A stretch of 63,969 nt of DNA, filler included, from Sphacelaria rigidula (GCA_964200075.2; 11 parts of 11 records of this genome joined end to end with filler, not necessarily neighbours in it); one strand, 5' to 3'. Counted from the first letter of the whole stretch, positions 1-11,550 are shown. Made by a program: numbers and translations. Notes: generated by a model from the letters alone, not told the origin.

Positions 1-49
1 CAAGCGCGAAGCGCTGTGGTGGTGTTCGGCGAGTCGCATGGAGGATAAG

Positions 50-170
50 CTGCATCCGGCTAAGATTGTTCGGCCCAAAGCCTACTGATTATCTTGCATT
101 TGAATGATAGCCTCCAATGAGTTGCTTTAATCTGTGGTATCGCCATTTCCAGAGACAGTCACGGCTCACA
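50..170. repeat. Dispersed repeat shared with about 28915-29025 in reverse complement
   Basis: GCTAAGATTGTTCGGCCC...GACAGTCACGG matches the reverse complement of CCGTGACTGTCTCTGGAAG...GGGCCGAACAATCTTAGC in contig 5. Confidence 0.75.
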
Positions 171-1308
171 CATTGTCTCAGGGGTGTCGAGGTGGAAATC
201 AAACCGCCGTCATGGCTCCTCTCTCTTCTCTTCCCGCAGCGCGAAGTGGAGAGCACGCTCCTGGGGTTTCTGGGCTCCTGTGTTTTCGGTCCCCTAGACA
301 ATATACAATACTCATGGGTATCCTACCGCACCACCAACAGCTTCCTAGTTCTCGACTTTCCTCCTTGTCGATAGTACATTTCCTGCGGCGTGGGGACAGT
401 ACGGCCTGTTTCTAGCTCGATTCTTCACGGGGACACCCCCCACTAGAGAAGGAGTGGCCTTTGGAATGCGTGGTTGACTGGGGAACTTCCATGTTTTGAC
501 CGCGGATCCGAGAAGAGATCTCATACGTTGACGATAGACCCAGGGTGTAGAACTTTCTTCGATATAAGAATATACGTATTGATTGGCGCACTTTGGCTCA
601 TCCCCTAGGGATCCCGCCGTGGTCACATGATGAACGTACACGAGACAAAACTATAGTGGAACACTCGCTGAAAAAAAGTGAAGAAAAACCAGGAGAAAAG
701 AAACAGAGAGAAAAGGACAAAAGAAAAAAACAGAAAAAATGAAACAGAAAGGAAAAAACACAAGAAAAATACAGACAGAAGAGAAAAGAAAGGTGGCAAC
801 GAACATGATGTTTTTTTTTAGATACACAGGTAAACAGGACAGGATTATATTCGACATCGTCAGCACTGTCGTGTTTCCCCCACTCTTCTTGTCCTCTTGA
901 GAGCGTTTTCGTTTCGTTCACGTGCCGTCGGTACCTTGAGGATTGCCTTCATCTTATGGTGATGGCTGGGTCTCTCAACGGAACAGTGAAAGTGCGACAA
1001 CGGATCGATCAGCCCATAATACGGCAGTTGGACGGATCTATGTAGTCGAAGCAATGAGTGTGCTCAAAGATGAGACATGCTCTGCATGTGTGGGTTATTC
1101 TTGATTCCTGAGAATGCTCCTGCTCTAACGCCCCATGGGCACGAAGGCGATGTACCCTCGAGATTCTTGTCGTACTTCAGTGTACAGTAAGTCGAATACG
1201 TACTGTAGAGGGGATGATACCACAAATTAGTGTAATACTTTTTTAAGGGATACACGCCATATGGGTCTCGTATATTTCCATAGGGGTCACTTTACTTAGG
1301 CCTAGGAT

Positions 1309-1762
1309 CACTTTGTATGGCGACCAATCCGTATTTGTACAGATATGAGGATTTCAGCCCGTTTGAATCCGATTCTCTCCCGTAAATTGATTTTTTGGAC
1401 CCCAGTCCGTTGGGCAATGTTTTTCGACTAGCTCTGAGGAAACCAGATCAATTCTCCGATTCTCAGGACGCTGACTTTTGGTTAATCACCTCTCTGCTCA
1501 GATCGGGACATTCCCGCATCTCCCCCGATTTGGGTCCCAGATTCGGGGGAGATGTGGGAGTCTCCCGATCTGAGCACAGAGGTGACGAAACAAAAGTCAG
1601 CGTCCTGAGAATCGGAGAATTGATCTGGTTTCCTCAGAGCTAGTCGAAAAACATTGCCCAAGGGACTGGGGTCCAAATAATCAATCTATGAGAGAGAATC
1701 GGATTCAAACGGGCTGAAATCCTCATATTTGTACAAATACGGATTGGTTGCCATACAAAGTG
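1309..1762. repeat. About 454-bp near-perfect inverted repeat (foldback/MITE-like)
   Basis: CACTTTGTATGGCGACCAATCCG at 1309 pairs with CGGATTGGTTGCCATACAAAGTG ending at 1762. The arms pair to a centre near 1535, and the ORF track shows the same peptide start on both strands. Confidence 0.93.
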
Positions 1763-1914
1763 GTTAACAAACACATCATACTTGATATACATGTACGTAT
1801 ATACCTATGGTGGTGTGTATTTCCGCAGTTTTGTATACCGCCCACTTTCCGCGTGTCCATAACGAACGCAAGATCCATACGCCACGCCTTCTCCCAATCA
1901 TTTTCCCCACTAGC

Positions 1915-2031
1915 ACCGAAATGTTGGAAGTGTCTCTATCAGGAGTAGGAACGGTGCTCCGTCTCGAAGGGGATGCGTGGTCAATGGTCAAACGACTAAG
2001 GTAAGAAACAAAGAAGTACGCCCCCCCCTCC
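1915..2031 (+). mobile_element. 5'-truncated LINE 3' end with C-rich tail; other copies at about 15457-15505 (+), 17321-17375 (+), 25243-25320 (-), 40465-40673 (-), 53549-53622 (-)
   Basis: GTGCTCCGTCTCGAAAGGGATGCGTGGTCAATGGTCAAACGACTAAGGCAAGCAACAAATGAGTAC-C(n) matches the 3' terminus of the LINE at 32037-34768. Confidence 0.85.
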
Positions 2032-5000
2032 CGCATCGAAACAGGCTCCTAGGCGCTGCGTTGGGTGAAACGTTTTCCGATCTTCCGCGGGGCTTTGTAG
2101 AGTCCTGGGCGGATGAGCAGGGGTTGTCTCCGTCGGGGATGCGGGGCTACGGCCCCCAGGCCAATGGGGTTGGAGATGAGGCGGGGCCTCGGGAAGAGTG
2201 CTGCTGGGTGTCAGGAACGGGGGCGTTCATGCCGCTGCTCAAGATTATGGAGGAGTTGGCGTGTTGTTGTGGAGTCATCGGTGAATATGCAGAGGGTGAG
2301 GAGACTGTGAACTCGGATTGACTTGGTTTTGGACTTGGTTTTGTACGGTACAGCTGGTGTTTTCTCCTCTTCTTTTTTCCAGATGGGGTCCCTTTTTTGT
2401 GTGGAAGCGGGGAGGGGAAAGGATGAGGGGGAGGGGAAAGGGGGTGTCCAGATATGTATTTTTTTCAAGATTATTTTCCTTTGAGCGAAACCGCCCTTGA
2501 TGTTTTTTTTTGTTTTGTGTCGCGTTGTCTTATCCGGTAATGTACTGTTATTTTGTTTAAAGTTTATTTCAATGGGGTACCAGCTTTTCGCTGTCGTTGC
2601 TGTCGACATTCCCCAATGTTGTCGATTATTTTTATTTATTGTTTCCTTCATGGTATTGGAGTTGCTACCGATATGCGTGTTAGAGTATTCGTCACTCTGT
2701 ATTCGGGCTCTCTTTTTTTCTACTCATTCGTCGGAGTACCTATTTGCACGGATGCAACTCACGAGATACCCAAACAACGTGGAAGGGCTAAGACTTGACG
2801 GAACCGTCCTGTACGTTCTCCCGACGGATATCTTCTTGGATCATATTTCTATGGCCGTTGATTGTATCTATATTTTTCTCCATCTCAATTTTTTGCGGCA
2901 CTTTCCTGCAGATGTTAAGGTTACCTTGATTTTGTTGCTATTTCTTGTCCGGAGAAACAGAGTTTGGATTATTGAGCACCCCCCCTCCCCTTCGCCCTCC
3001 CGTTGAAAATATATTGTCGATTTGAATGTGTACCTCATTTGTTTAGTGCCAGAGCCTGAGTATGCATACCTCAATTGTTCTCTGTGATTTTTCCCTCAAT
3101 GTTCCGTGAGTGGTGAGCTACTTGTCACTTTTTCCCTCCCCGCGCCCCCCCTCTCATTCTTGTCCGAACGACGTTTCCTAGGGGGATATCTGAGTGCCAC
3201 GGAGGATGGAAACGTGCTGATCATGCCCGCCAAAGTTTTAGGACTTTTACTTCCGCCAACGCTTGACCATGCGGCACGGTATGATCAGGTGAACATGAAG
3301 ATTATACATCACCACGACCTTTTGTTTGTGTGTGTGAGAGTTTTTTTTTCCGTCCCAAAACCCGAGTTTGTTACCGAGATATCCATATGTTTCATTCGTT
3401 ACACCTTTACGAGGGTGTTGTTGTGCATGTCTGTATGTGTGAGTGTTTGCGAGGTGTATCAGTATTGTTCCTTTTCGATGATATGGAGGCGGCATTTTGG
3501 AAGGTTAGGCGTCGAGAAAAGGCGCACCTCGTGTGTGATCATGGTGAAACCTCGGGTCTATGTTGGATGATGGCGCAGGGGGGTGTCGAAGCGACAGGTT
3601 CGGCGTCGCAACGTCGCAGGCAGGCCCTCAGAGCGCTGCGTGGGCTGAAACGGTCGTCATCAGCGTTGCAGTTTTGTTTGTTTGTAATTTCGTACTTATT
3701 GTGAAATGACGTGATGATCATGGATGGTTCGGTGACGGTGCGGTATCAAACCGGCGAGGAGGCAGCAACGGATCGTGCCAGCTGTGTCGTGATACTTAGC
3801 CTCCTCATGGATGAACGCTCCAAGCATCATCGAACAGCCTGGATTCGTTTTTGAGGTTCAACATTTTTTTAGGTTCAACGGACCATCGAAATTTCATTCA
3901 CCTTGTTCAAAAGGCTCGGGATTCGCAAGCGGTTCCGACCATGTGCCCCTAACCCAGAAGTTTCTGCGCGGCAGCGAAAGCACGATGGTGTGCAGTCCAA
4001 CCGAAAAGCCGCCCTCATTCATTGTGCGGCATCTATCGAGCAATCCTTGCGTCTAAGCGCTACGGAACACGTAACAAAGCATGCTGGAAACATACTTCTT
4101 TGGACTATTCATCGAGTTTTCCGGCGCCTCTTGTTGTGTATCTGAGAGAGATTTCATACTGTTGCGCCGGCGACGACCGCCGTCAGCGAAACGATCCAAT
4201 GCGGCGGCATCATTCAGCAGTCTGCTGAGATATACCATCACGTCAGCACAGCATCACCACAGTACAGTGGTCACTTGGATCAAATGGGTGCCCCGCGATA
4301 AAGCTGCAGACACACACAACGGGGGTAAGGGTTAATCCGACGCCTGGGGTTGTTTCGCCAGTAGTGCCCATGCGAGGCGCTTCATCTAGTCTGAACCAGC
4401 TATCACGCCTTGTATGGCCACCTCCGCCGTGGCTGTGTTGAGAACCGGTTTCGCGGTGGAGCTGTTTTACAACACTACTGTTGTAGTGCAGCGCGCTTCA
4501 AAAATTTGAGCCGTTTCTTTTTAATTTGAAAGCCGCGGCAGCTGTAGTTTAAAAATCCCTTCTGACGGTCCCAAACGGATGCTGATGCAGCGACAGAAAG
4601 CACTGGCTCCCTTCCCTCAGATGGGATTCGAGACAACTGTAGGGGTATGGTGAACATCGCTAGTAGAACAGTACTCAGGGGTATCGTAAGTACATGTTCC
4701 CGTGTTCAAAATCGAATTTTCCTTGCTTGAACACTTTACACCTGTTACAATGAACGACTGCTTTGCAAGAAAACAACCCGTTATTTCCGGACTTCCCCTG
4801 GGGTCCATTTCTAACGCTGAGGTTGTGGACGCCATCGAAGCGCCCTCCGTCTCAATTGGTACCCCGTACTTCTCTGCAACTGTAAAGTGTAGGCCTCAGT
4901 TGTAGTCAGGTTGTATATAACGGTGTAAGCATCTCTTGTATAATATCACCCCACTGAAATCGGTAAAAACAGGAAACCTCAAATGACCTGGATAAACTGG

Positions 5001-5725
5001 CGCCCTCGTCGCCGGGTCCAGTTTAATCGACAGTACAAACTGGTCTATTTCACAGTCCTAAAAATGCACGATTCGTACGCTACAGAAATACAGGACGAAG
5101 TTGGCAGGGTGTGCTCGGAGCCGGCAGTATAGTGCTGACTGTTATGGGGGTGAATGGAGGTCATGACGGCCAAAAAACCCATGAAGGAAAGAAAAGAAAC
5201 ATGCGGAGGAATACTGAACACGTTCTCAGCTGTTGCGAATGGGACACACACGCTTAGTCCCTAAGTAACTTGGTTGTAGTATACGACCGTGCAGCACTTT
5301 CCTCGCCTTCTCGGCACAGGAATCAAGTCCGTCTGTGGCACTTTGAAACTCCCCGCACACACCAACGTCAGGGGATCATCATTTAAAATTGCTCAGATCG
5401 CCACAGCGGACCCGAAAATCCCCTTAACCCTTTTGGGCCTGGGTCTGCAGAACGACGAACGAGGCTGGTTAGGAATGATGTGTCCTGCATATGCATGAAA
5501 CTGTGGCTTCATGTTGCAAAAAATCAACGTATGTATGTAATGGCAGGGTTAGATGAAGACCGAAACTTTCATCCAATCTATTTTCAGGTACAAATTGTCT
5601 GTGCTATAATTCGGGTGTTGTGCGCGCATCAGGCATTGTACAGATGTATCAAGCAGTATCAGTCGCGGTGGAGAGCTTTCAACAGGATGTGGCAACCGCC
5701 GCCCGCCATTGTGGCATTGGATATT

Positions 5726-5825
5726 NNNNNNNNNNNNNNNNNNNNNNNNNNNNNNNNNNNNNNNNNNNNTTAATTAATTAANNNNNNNNNNNNNNNNNNN
5801 NNNNNNNNNNNNNNNNNNNNNNNNN
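5726..5825. other. Artificial contig spacer, first of ten; the others are 11551-11650, 17376-17475, 23201-23300, 29026-29125, 34850-34949, 40674-40773, 46498-46597, 52322-52421 and 58146-58245
   Basis: Identical N44-TTAATTAATTAA-N44 blocks with stops in all six frames. The intervening pieces are 5725 bp (five) and then 5724 bp (six), as expected for length-sorted contigs. Confidence 0.98.
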
Positions 5826-6489
5826 AAGAAAAAAATTGCGAAATCGCCTGCAAAGTACAAATCCGCTTGTAGGCTGGCCCAGCCTGTATCATCCGCTGTA
5901 CATATTCCGGGATTTCATAGACTTCAATGTGCACAGTCGCGTCAGGCGAGAGCGTGGAGGCGAGGTTGCCCATCTATTCGTTCACCATGAGGTGAATCTC
6001 ATACGCCGAAGGCGTGAGGTATTTTGGCTTCTCAACCCCAGTATATTAGCCATTTAACGCAGAAGCGCAGATCCTCCGTGCGTGATGCAAGTTGATGGTG
6101 TGGACGCGTCCCAAAATGCCACTCAAGTTCAACCCTTCTCTCGAATATGTCCATGCTAAAGAAATGGTACATGCTAAACTACTACTGTACAAGGAATTGT
6201 TGAGAGGGCGAACCGACCCCTGCGCCCCCCTGCCCGCCCAATAGCATGCAATATGCCGAGTAGACCGGCTCGGCTTTGCTCGCTTGCTATTCTCTCGACC
6301 GGCTCTTACCGCCCGACTGTGCCGCCCAGGTGGCCATCAACCGCAATCCCCGAGCCATGGCCATCGTACAACCAACGTAAAGTAACCCCAACCTAGACGT
6401 TCCTCCTCTCAAGCTAAAACTGATGACAGACCCTCCATCGACGAGCCCCAGCACAAACGCCGCCGTAAAACCAAGTATATTTCATCTCA

Positions 6490-7518
6490 TCACGCGTAGT
6501 AGGCAAGACTTTGCCGATGAGAGCTGACCATACCAACGGCTGTTACAGCGGGAGGGGGGGCACCATAGTTCCTCCTTGCCCCCCGCGGTCCCCATGGCTC
6601 TGTTCGCGAACGCCCCCCCCCACCCCCAAGCGCGCCCCCGTTCACTGCTGCCTCTCGCCTCTCGCCCCCCAATCCTCTACCGCCATTTGGGGCCCCCTCC
6701 TCACCCCTCCGTGGTTCCCCTCTCCCTCCTCCCGCGTCGCCGCTGCTACCGCTACTCCGGGGTTGCGGGTACCCCCCGTTCTGTCGGGGCGCAAATACCA
6801 GCTCTTTGCGGGTGTTCTTTGGATACAAACGCCTTATATTCCGCGTCGACATGACGAGAGCTGACAGGTCGCGGTGTTTTTTGCCGTCTACCGACAGCTG
6901 TCCGTCCGAATCCACGGTAACGAGGACGTTGATCACGCCTGCCTTGTGGCTCTTGTAGTGTATTGCCATCGCCCCGAGCTTGCTCGTGGAGAACCTGATC
7001 AAGAACGTCCCGGGATCCGCTCTTGCAATCACCCGGTTCGCCGTCACCTTTTTCAGGAACCCCGCAAATCCCCGCATCCCGTTCCGCTCTTCCCAGGCCC
7101 CTGTCCGCCGGAGCGTGGCTGTCGCCTGCCAAAACCACTTCCAGAAAGGCTTGAAACTGTCGAGCGTCACTACTACTGCGGACACATCACCACCATACTC
7201 TCCTCTCCGCATAGCAGGCGGCATGCTGCCAGATCCCCATAACCCCTCATCCTCCGCGAACACCGTCAGATCTTCAGAGGATAACGGCCGACTCGAGGCT
7301 CCCGGCACCCTCCTCGCGAAGCATTCTTCAAGCGCCTCGCACAACTCCCCCCACGTCAAGGTGGTCAGTGGCTGTTGAGCTCGGTAGAGACCCGGGCCCA
7401 CGCTAGCCTTGCGAATCACTCGGTCGAAATAGTCCTCCATGGTTTCGACTAGATAGATGGGTCTCCCCGGCGTAGGGGTAGACTGCTGATTCGGGTGATA
7501 GCCATAATTACTCAGGAT
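6490..7518 (-). CDS. Terminal exon of the STAND NTPase-STAT-type SH2 gene: STAT-like linker, SH2 domain, GY tail and Gly/Arg-rich C-terminus
   Basis: Acceptor CCCAATAG|ATCCTG at 7518, open to TGA at 6490. Motifs: W-x2-L-x2-AL-x3-F, RPLSSEDL, FKPFWKWF-x5-LR, GFL, DPGTFLIRFS (SH2 Arg at 6994-6996) and LYPKNTRKELVF...NGGYPQ. Confidence 0.88.
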   Translation of the reverse strand: MLSNYGYHPNQQSTPTPGRPIYLVETMEDYFDRVIRKASVGPGLYRAQQPLTTLTWGELCEALEECFARRVPGASSRPLSSEDLTVFAEDEGLWGSGSMPPAMRRGEYGGDVSAVVVTLDSFKPFWKWFWQATATLRRTGAWEERNGMRGFAGFLKKVTANRVIARADPGTFLIRFSTSKLGAMAIHYKSHKAGVINVLVTVDSDGQLSVDGKKHRDLSALVMSTRNIRRLYPKNTRKELVFAPRQNGGYPQPRSSGSSGDAGGGRGEPRRGEEGAPNGGRGLGGERREAAVNGGALGGGGGRSRTEPWGPRGARRNYGAPPPAVTAVGMVSSHRQSLAYYA

Positions 7519-7770
7519 CTATTGGGTTTTGTGTAGGCGCCATCAGTTTCATTCGGGGAGAGGGAAGGGGCAGGAAAGAACGACGGAGAGGTGGAAGGTC
7601 AAGCTCGAACGCTACAGGCCAGTGAGGTGAACACGCTTCAGGTGAGGTGGGTAAAGTATATCAGCCAGGCACAGAATATCCAGGGCTCCTGGGATCGTTT
7701 CGTAAATAGTACCTTCGAAAAAACACAACCCGGACATAGGGCAACCAAACATATGGGCGCGGCCACCCAC

Positions 7771-8011
7771 CTTAGGGATCTCAACATCAACCCAACGCTC
7801 CCGCTCGAGAAATAAACTACGCTCGGCTTCTCCTACGAGCTTCGAAAAGTCCACCACACAGCCAGGATGTCCTCTCAACGCGCGGATAATGTCGCTCCGC
7901 GAGAAAGCATCCAGGGACTCCGCAAGGTCCGTAGGAGGCATGGGCCTGTTTGGATCAATTTCGATATGATCCAACTTGCGGGGGCAGCACTTCACCAACA
8001 GCTCGGCCGTG
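7771..8011 (-). CDS. Internal exon of the STAND-SH2 gene containing the GxP motif
   Basis: Acceptor GCGCAG|C (phase 2) and donor AAG|GTGGGT (phase 0). Encodes TAELLVKCCPRK...ALRGHPGCV...EIPK; GHP at 7864-7872. Confidence 0.8.
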
Positions 8012-8558
8012 CTGCGCGGCCCGGTTGGTCGAAGCAAAGCAAGAATAAATAAAGCAACAAAAAACAACACAACACCCGATCAATGCTTTCGTTGAAAAGA
8101 AGTGGGGCATGTGATCTAGCGGAATCGACACATGTTCCGTAGCGACAACGGGAAAAAAAAACTATGAATACAATCTACATGACCTATATTGTGCCTCCAT
8201 CAACGCAAAAACAAACGGTAATGAAACGACGAAATCGCACAGGTGCGTACAACTCATCCGCCGGCAAGGGAACACCGCACAGAGAAATGAGAACCTACGG
8301 AACACTCGAACCAGTTGGAGAAATTCCAACTGATTCGGGTGTAGCGTAGGTTCCAGAGAGCTCTCAATACACCACATTCATGCCGAAAACGACGCCTGTC
8401 GGCATGTGAACAACAGCCCGATGTTCGGGCCGAGCACAGGCTCAGTCTCGCTCAAGGACTCCCCTCGAAAACTGCCACAGTAGTAAAAACAAAAACTGCT
8501 GCAACACAAGAAAAAAAGCACCACATTCGCCCCGACGACCGTTAGAAAGCGTACATAC

Positions 8559-8902
8559 CTCTTGTCATTGAGCCCCTCCACAACGACCACCTTTTCCCCC
8601 CTCACCCCAACCACACCCGCGCGTGCCGGGTCCGTGCTCCCACACCTCATCGTTATAGCCGCGGCCAGATCAGGCAGCGCGGCGAACAGCCGCTCCAAAA
8701 GCACGCCCAGCTTCATTCGCTCCTGACCGACCAAGAGATATCGTTCACAGTGGTCCAGCACGAGGAGAGAGCGGTGCGGCGCGAGGGAGCCCCGGCTTTT
8801 CTGGTGCTGTCGTTGGCGCCTTCTGACCAGGTCCGCGATGACCACCATTGCACCGTCAATATTTCGCGCGCCAAGGGACCCCTGCGGCAACGCGAATCCT
8901 TT
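8559..8902 (-). CDS. Internal exon of the STAND-SH2 gene containing Walker B
   Basis: Acceptor AAACAG|AAAGGA (phase 0) and donor AAGAG|GTATGT (phase 2). Encodes LLVLDHCE, AITMR (sensor-1-like) and EKVVVVEGL. Confidence 0.82.
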
Positions 8903-9511
8903 CTGTTTTTTTTCGTTGGAGAGGGGGGGGGGCACGGAACACTGTGAAGAGGGCGCCACACAGAAGCGGTTGTGAAATGGGGTTGGAACGTGAGCGAGGT
9001 GGCGACTTTTTGATGTATTTCTACACATGGGAGCGTGTTGAACACGATGGAGCAAGAGACGTGCTAGTGCATACGTCGAACGCAGGGAGGAACGATCTCA
9101 GGAACCGGGGGAAACGCAGCTGTGACTCGTCTTGAATGGAGGGAGCACGACGCTCCTAGCTTGCAGATAGCCAAAAACAGCATATTTATTTATTTGTCGT
9201 CATAGGCGACGTTCAAAAACATTACGACCCACGGCGTCGATTCTACGCACCGTCAGCAGCAAGGCAGGACCATGGCAGCATCTTTTCTTCTGAGCGTGGT
9301 CGCTAGGGGGCACCACAGGGAAACGTACCCACTTGGCTTGCTTGGTTGATGAGAGGATATGACACTGATGTGGAGGAGAAAACTAGAACACACATGAGTT
9401 TTTTCTATAGACACGTTTCAAGAAAACATTACCGCACGCTCAGGGACCAAAATCCGAACGAGGACGATGGTTGATACCATGTAATTTACGCCATGGGGAA
9501 TGCTTGCTCAC

Positions 9512-9613
9512 CTCCAACCAGCGACAAGCGTCGACGTCCTTGTCCACCCTGCAGAAGAAGATGTCCCCGAAGACGTGTCGCTCTTGCGTGTACGCACACG
9601 CCTTCAGTAATAC
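9512..9613 (-). CDS. Internal 102-bp exon of the STAND-SH2 gene
   Basis: Acceptor CCGCAG|GTA and donor GAG|GTGAGC, both phase 0. Encodes VLLKACAYTQERHVFGDIFFCRVDKDVDACRWLE, fitting the helix and strand that follow Walker A. Confidence 0.8.
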
Positions 9614-10162
9614 CTGCGGATATAGCGCACACGACCGATCAATCCCAACATATCTTTCTTCTTTTCCATTGTTTCTTCTTTGATATCTCATTATAGTCTA
9701 CTCTGTTGGTCCGTTTCACCTTTGGCTGTTTTCTATGCATTATTCTCCAGCGATTGTTTCAGTTTTTTTGTTTCGGGTACGTGCATCATGTGGATGATGA
9801 CCACGACTGGATCACGACTACCTAGGGGATCATCAAGAGGGCGACAATCAATCAATCGATTCATACGAGAGTTTGCAACACAGGCAAGATTCGTTCATGG
9901 GTGGCGCCGGTGAAACCGTTGCCAACATCAGCAGCCAAACACGGAATAAAACACGAGGGATCGAAAGAGCACAACAAACGACAAAACCCACCCCCGTCAT
10001 CGCAAACAGCTTCCAATAACTTCTTGTGGGCATGCTCATGAACCACCCTCCTGCTGTAGTCTCGACCTCTACCGTCACATATCCCATCAGACGGCTTTCA
10101 CATACACAACCCGCCACCATACGGACCGAACCATTCTGCCAGCATGATAAGCTACCATGTAC

Positions 10163-10388
10163 CTGAGTCTTCCCGATGCCCTGATGCCCGACAATGGTGA
10201 TGCAGCGCCTCTTGTCTACCATGTGCCGCACCACCTCCTGAACTTCCACAGCCCGCCCCCGGAAATGCTCCGTGACCTTGTCGCACGGATACAGCGGCTG
10301 AGGGGAGGTCAAGATCTCGAAGCTCCCCATGTGGACCTCCTCGATGGGGATGTCATGATTGCCGCCGTCCTCCTTCGTGGGCAAGAGG
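10163..10388 (-). CDS. First visible exon of the STAND-SH2 gene containing Walker A; the gene is 5'-incomplete
   Basis: Acceptor TGTACAG|C and donor CAG|GTACAT. Encodes LLPTKEDGGNHDIPI...HFRGRAVEV...ITIVGHQGIGKTQ, i.e. the FxGR motif and GxxGxGKT. Confidence 0.85.
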
Positions 10389-10549
10389 CTGTACAGGTTG
10401 TTTTTTCGGCACAGGAAAGTAAAAAACCATATTAAAGATTAAGCAAAAGCTGAAAACGCAGCAGCACACACCGAAAAAAAAGTGAACAGGCACAGACACT
10501 GGCGACAGAATAGAACACAAGTGTTCCATGAAAAAGTAATACGTGTATA

Positions 10550-11550
10550 CAGTGGGGTGCTCTCAATAGTGCCGGTTGAATAGTGCCAACGACCTTTATA
10601 ATGCCGGTAAAATCTCCGGAGAGAGCCAGAGCTCGCAGTAGTGCCGCCCGGCACTACTGACAGATGACCCTCACTAGTGCTGGTTTGAACGGTTTTGTAC
10701 CCTCAACAGTGCCGGTTCCGGGCACACTCACGCACGCCTTACCCCCCACCAACCAAGCACCAGTAGGGGTACAGCAGGGTACGAGTGGTGCAGACTTTGC
10801 AACATAGGGACACAACATGGCTTGTGCGGGGAAGGTAAACTGTGCCTGGTGCAGGCCATGACGCCAGAGGCCGTCATGGCCACGGTTGCCAGGGGATATG
10901 TGGCGGGAGGCTCCACGGTATTTGCGGCAGCATGTTTGGCGACAACGAAATGCACCGCATCTGCAGCAAGTGCCTTCAAAAAAAGGGCAAGCGCACAAAG
11001 GTTTCATCCGAGAGTGCTGGGTCGGGGCAGTCTACAAGCAAAGGCGCGAAAACAGAGTGGTAGAGGCCATGCGAACGGACGCGGCGGAGGAACTCACGGC
11101 CCTCTTGGATGGGACAGCCAATGGTAGGGACTCGGAGGAGGAGCAAGAGGAGCAAGAGGAGGATGACGACGAGAGCACGGGGAGCGGGAATGGTGCCCCA
11201 CCGCCCTACGGTGAACTCTCGTCTCACTTCGGCATCCTGGAGAGGGCAGCACAGGACAGTGGGAATGCAAACGCAGCCTTGCACCTGTCCAAAGCAAGGA
11301 TGGAGATGATTGCAGCGTATGCCAACAAGCGAACGCGCCAAGCAGACTTGAGAAAGTTTTTGCCGACGGAACGAGGAGGGAGATGCGGGGGCTAATGCAA
11401 GTCATGGGTGGTTTCTTTGGTGGTTGCTTCACTGATGTTGTTTTCTATCGGGTAGCCCGTAGCATCTACGCCCGAGCACAGCCACGGGAGGAGTCGTGTC
11501 TAGTTTGCTGCATCGGTGTGTTTTTTTTCGAGGTCGTTTGTTTCTCTCTC
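10550..11550 (+). mobile_element. Pogo/Tigger-like (Tc1/mariner superfamily) transposon remnant, internally deleted, probably intronic
   Basis: Starts TA|CAGTGGGGTGCTCTC with repeated subterminal (AAT)AGTGCC motifs. The ORF fragment has an acidic tract and ends KRTRQADLRKFL, a PIP-box-like motif. No DDE core is visible and the right end is cut by the contig. Confidence 0.55.

Noticed and set aside
3780..5050. Decayed minus-strand coding region
   Set aside because: Several stops and no recognisable motifs, so no call can be supported.
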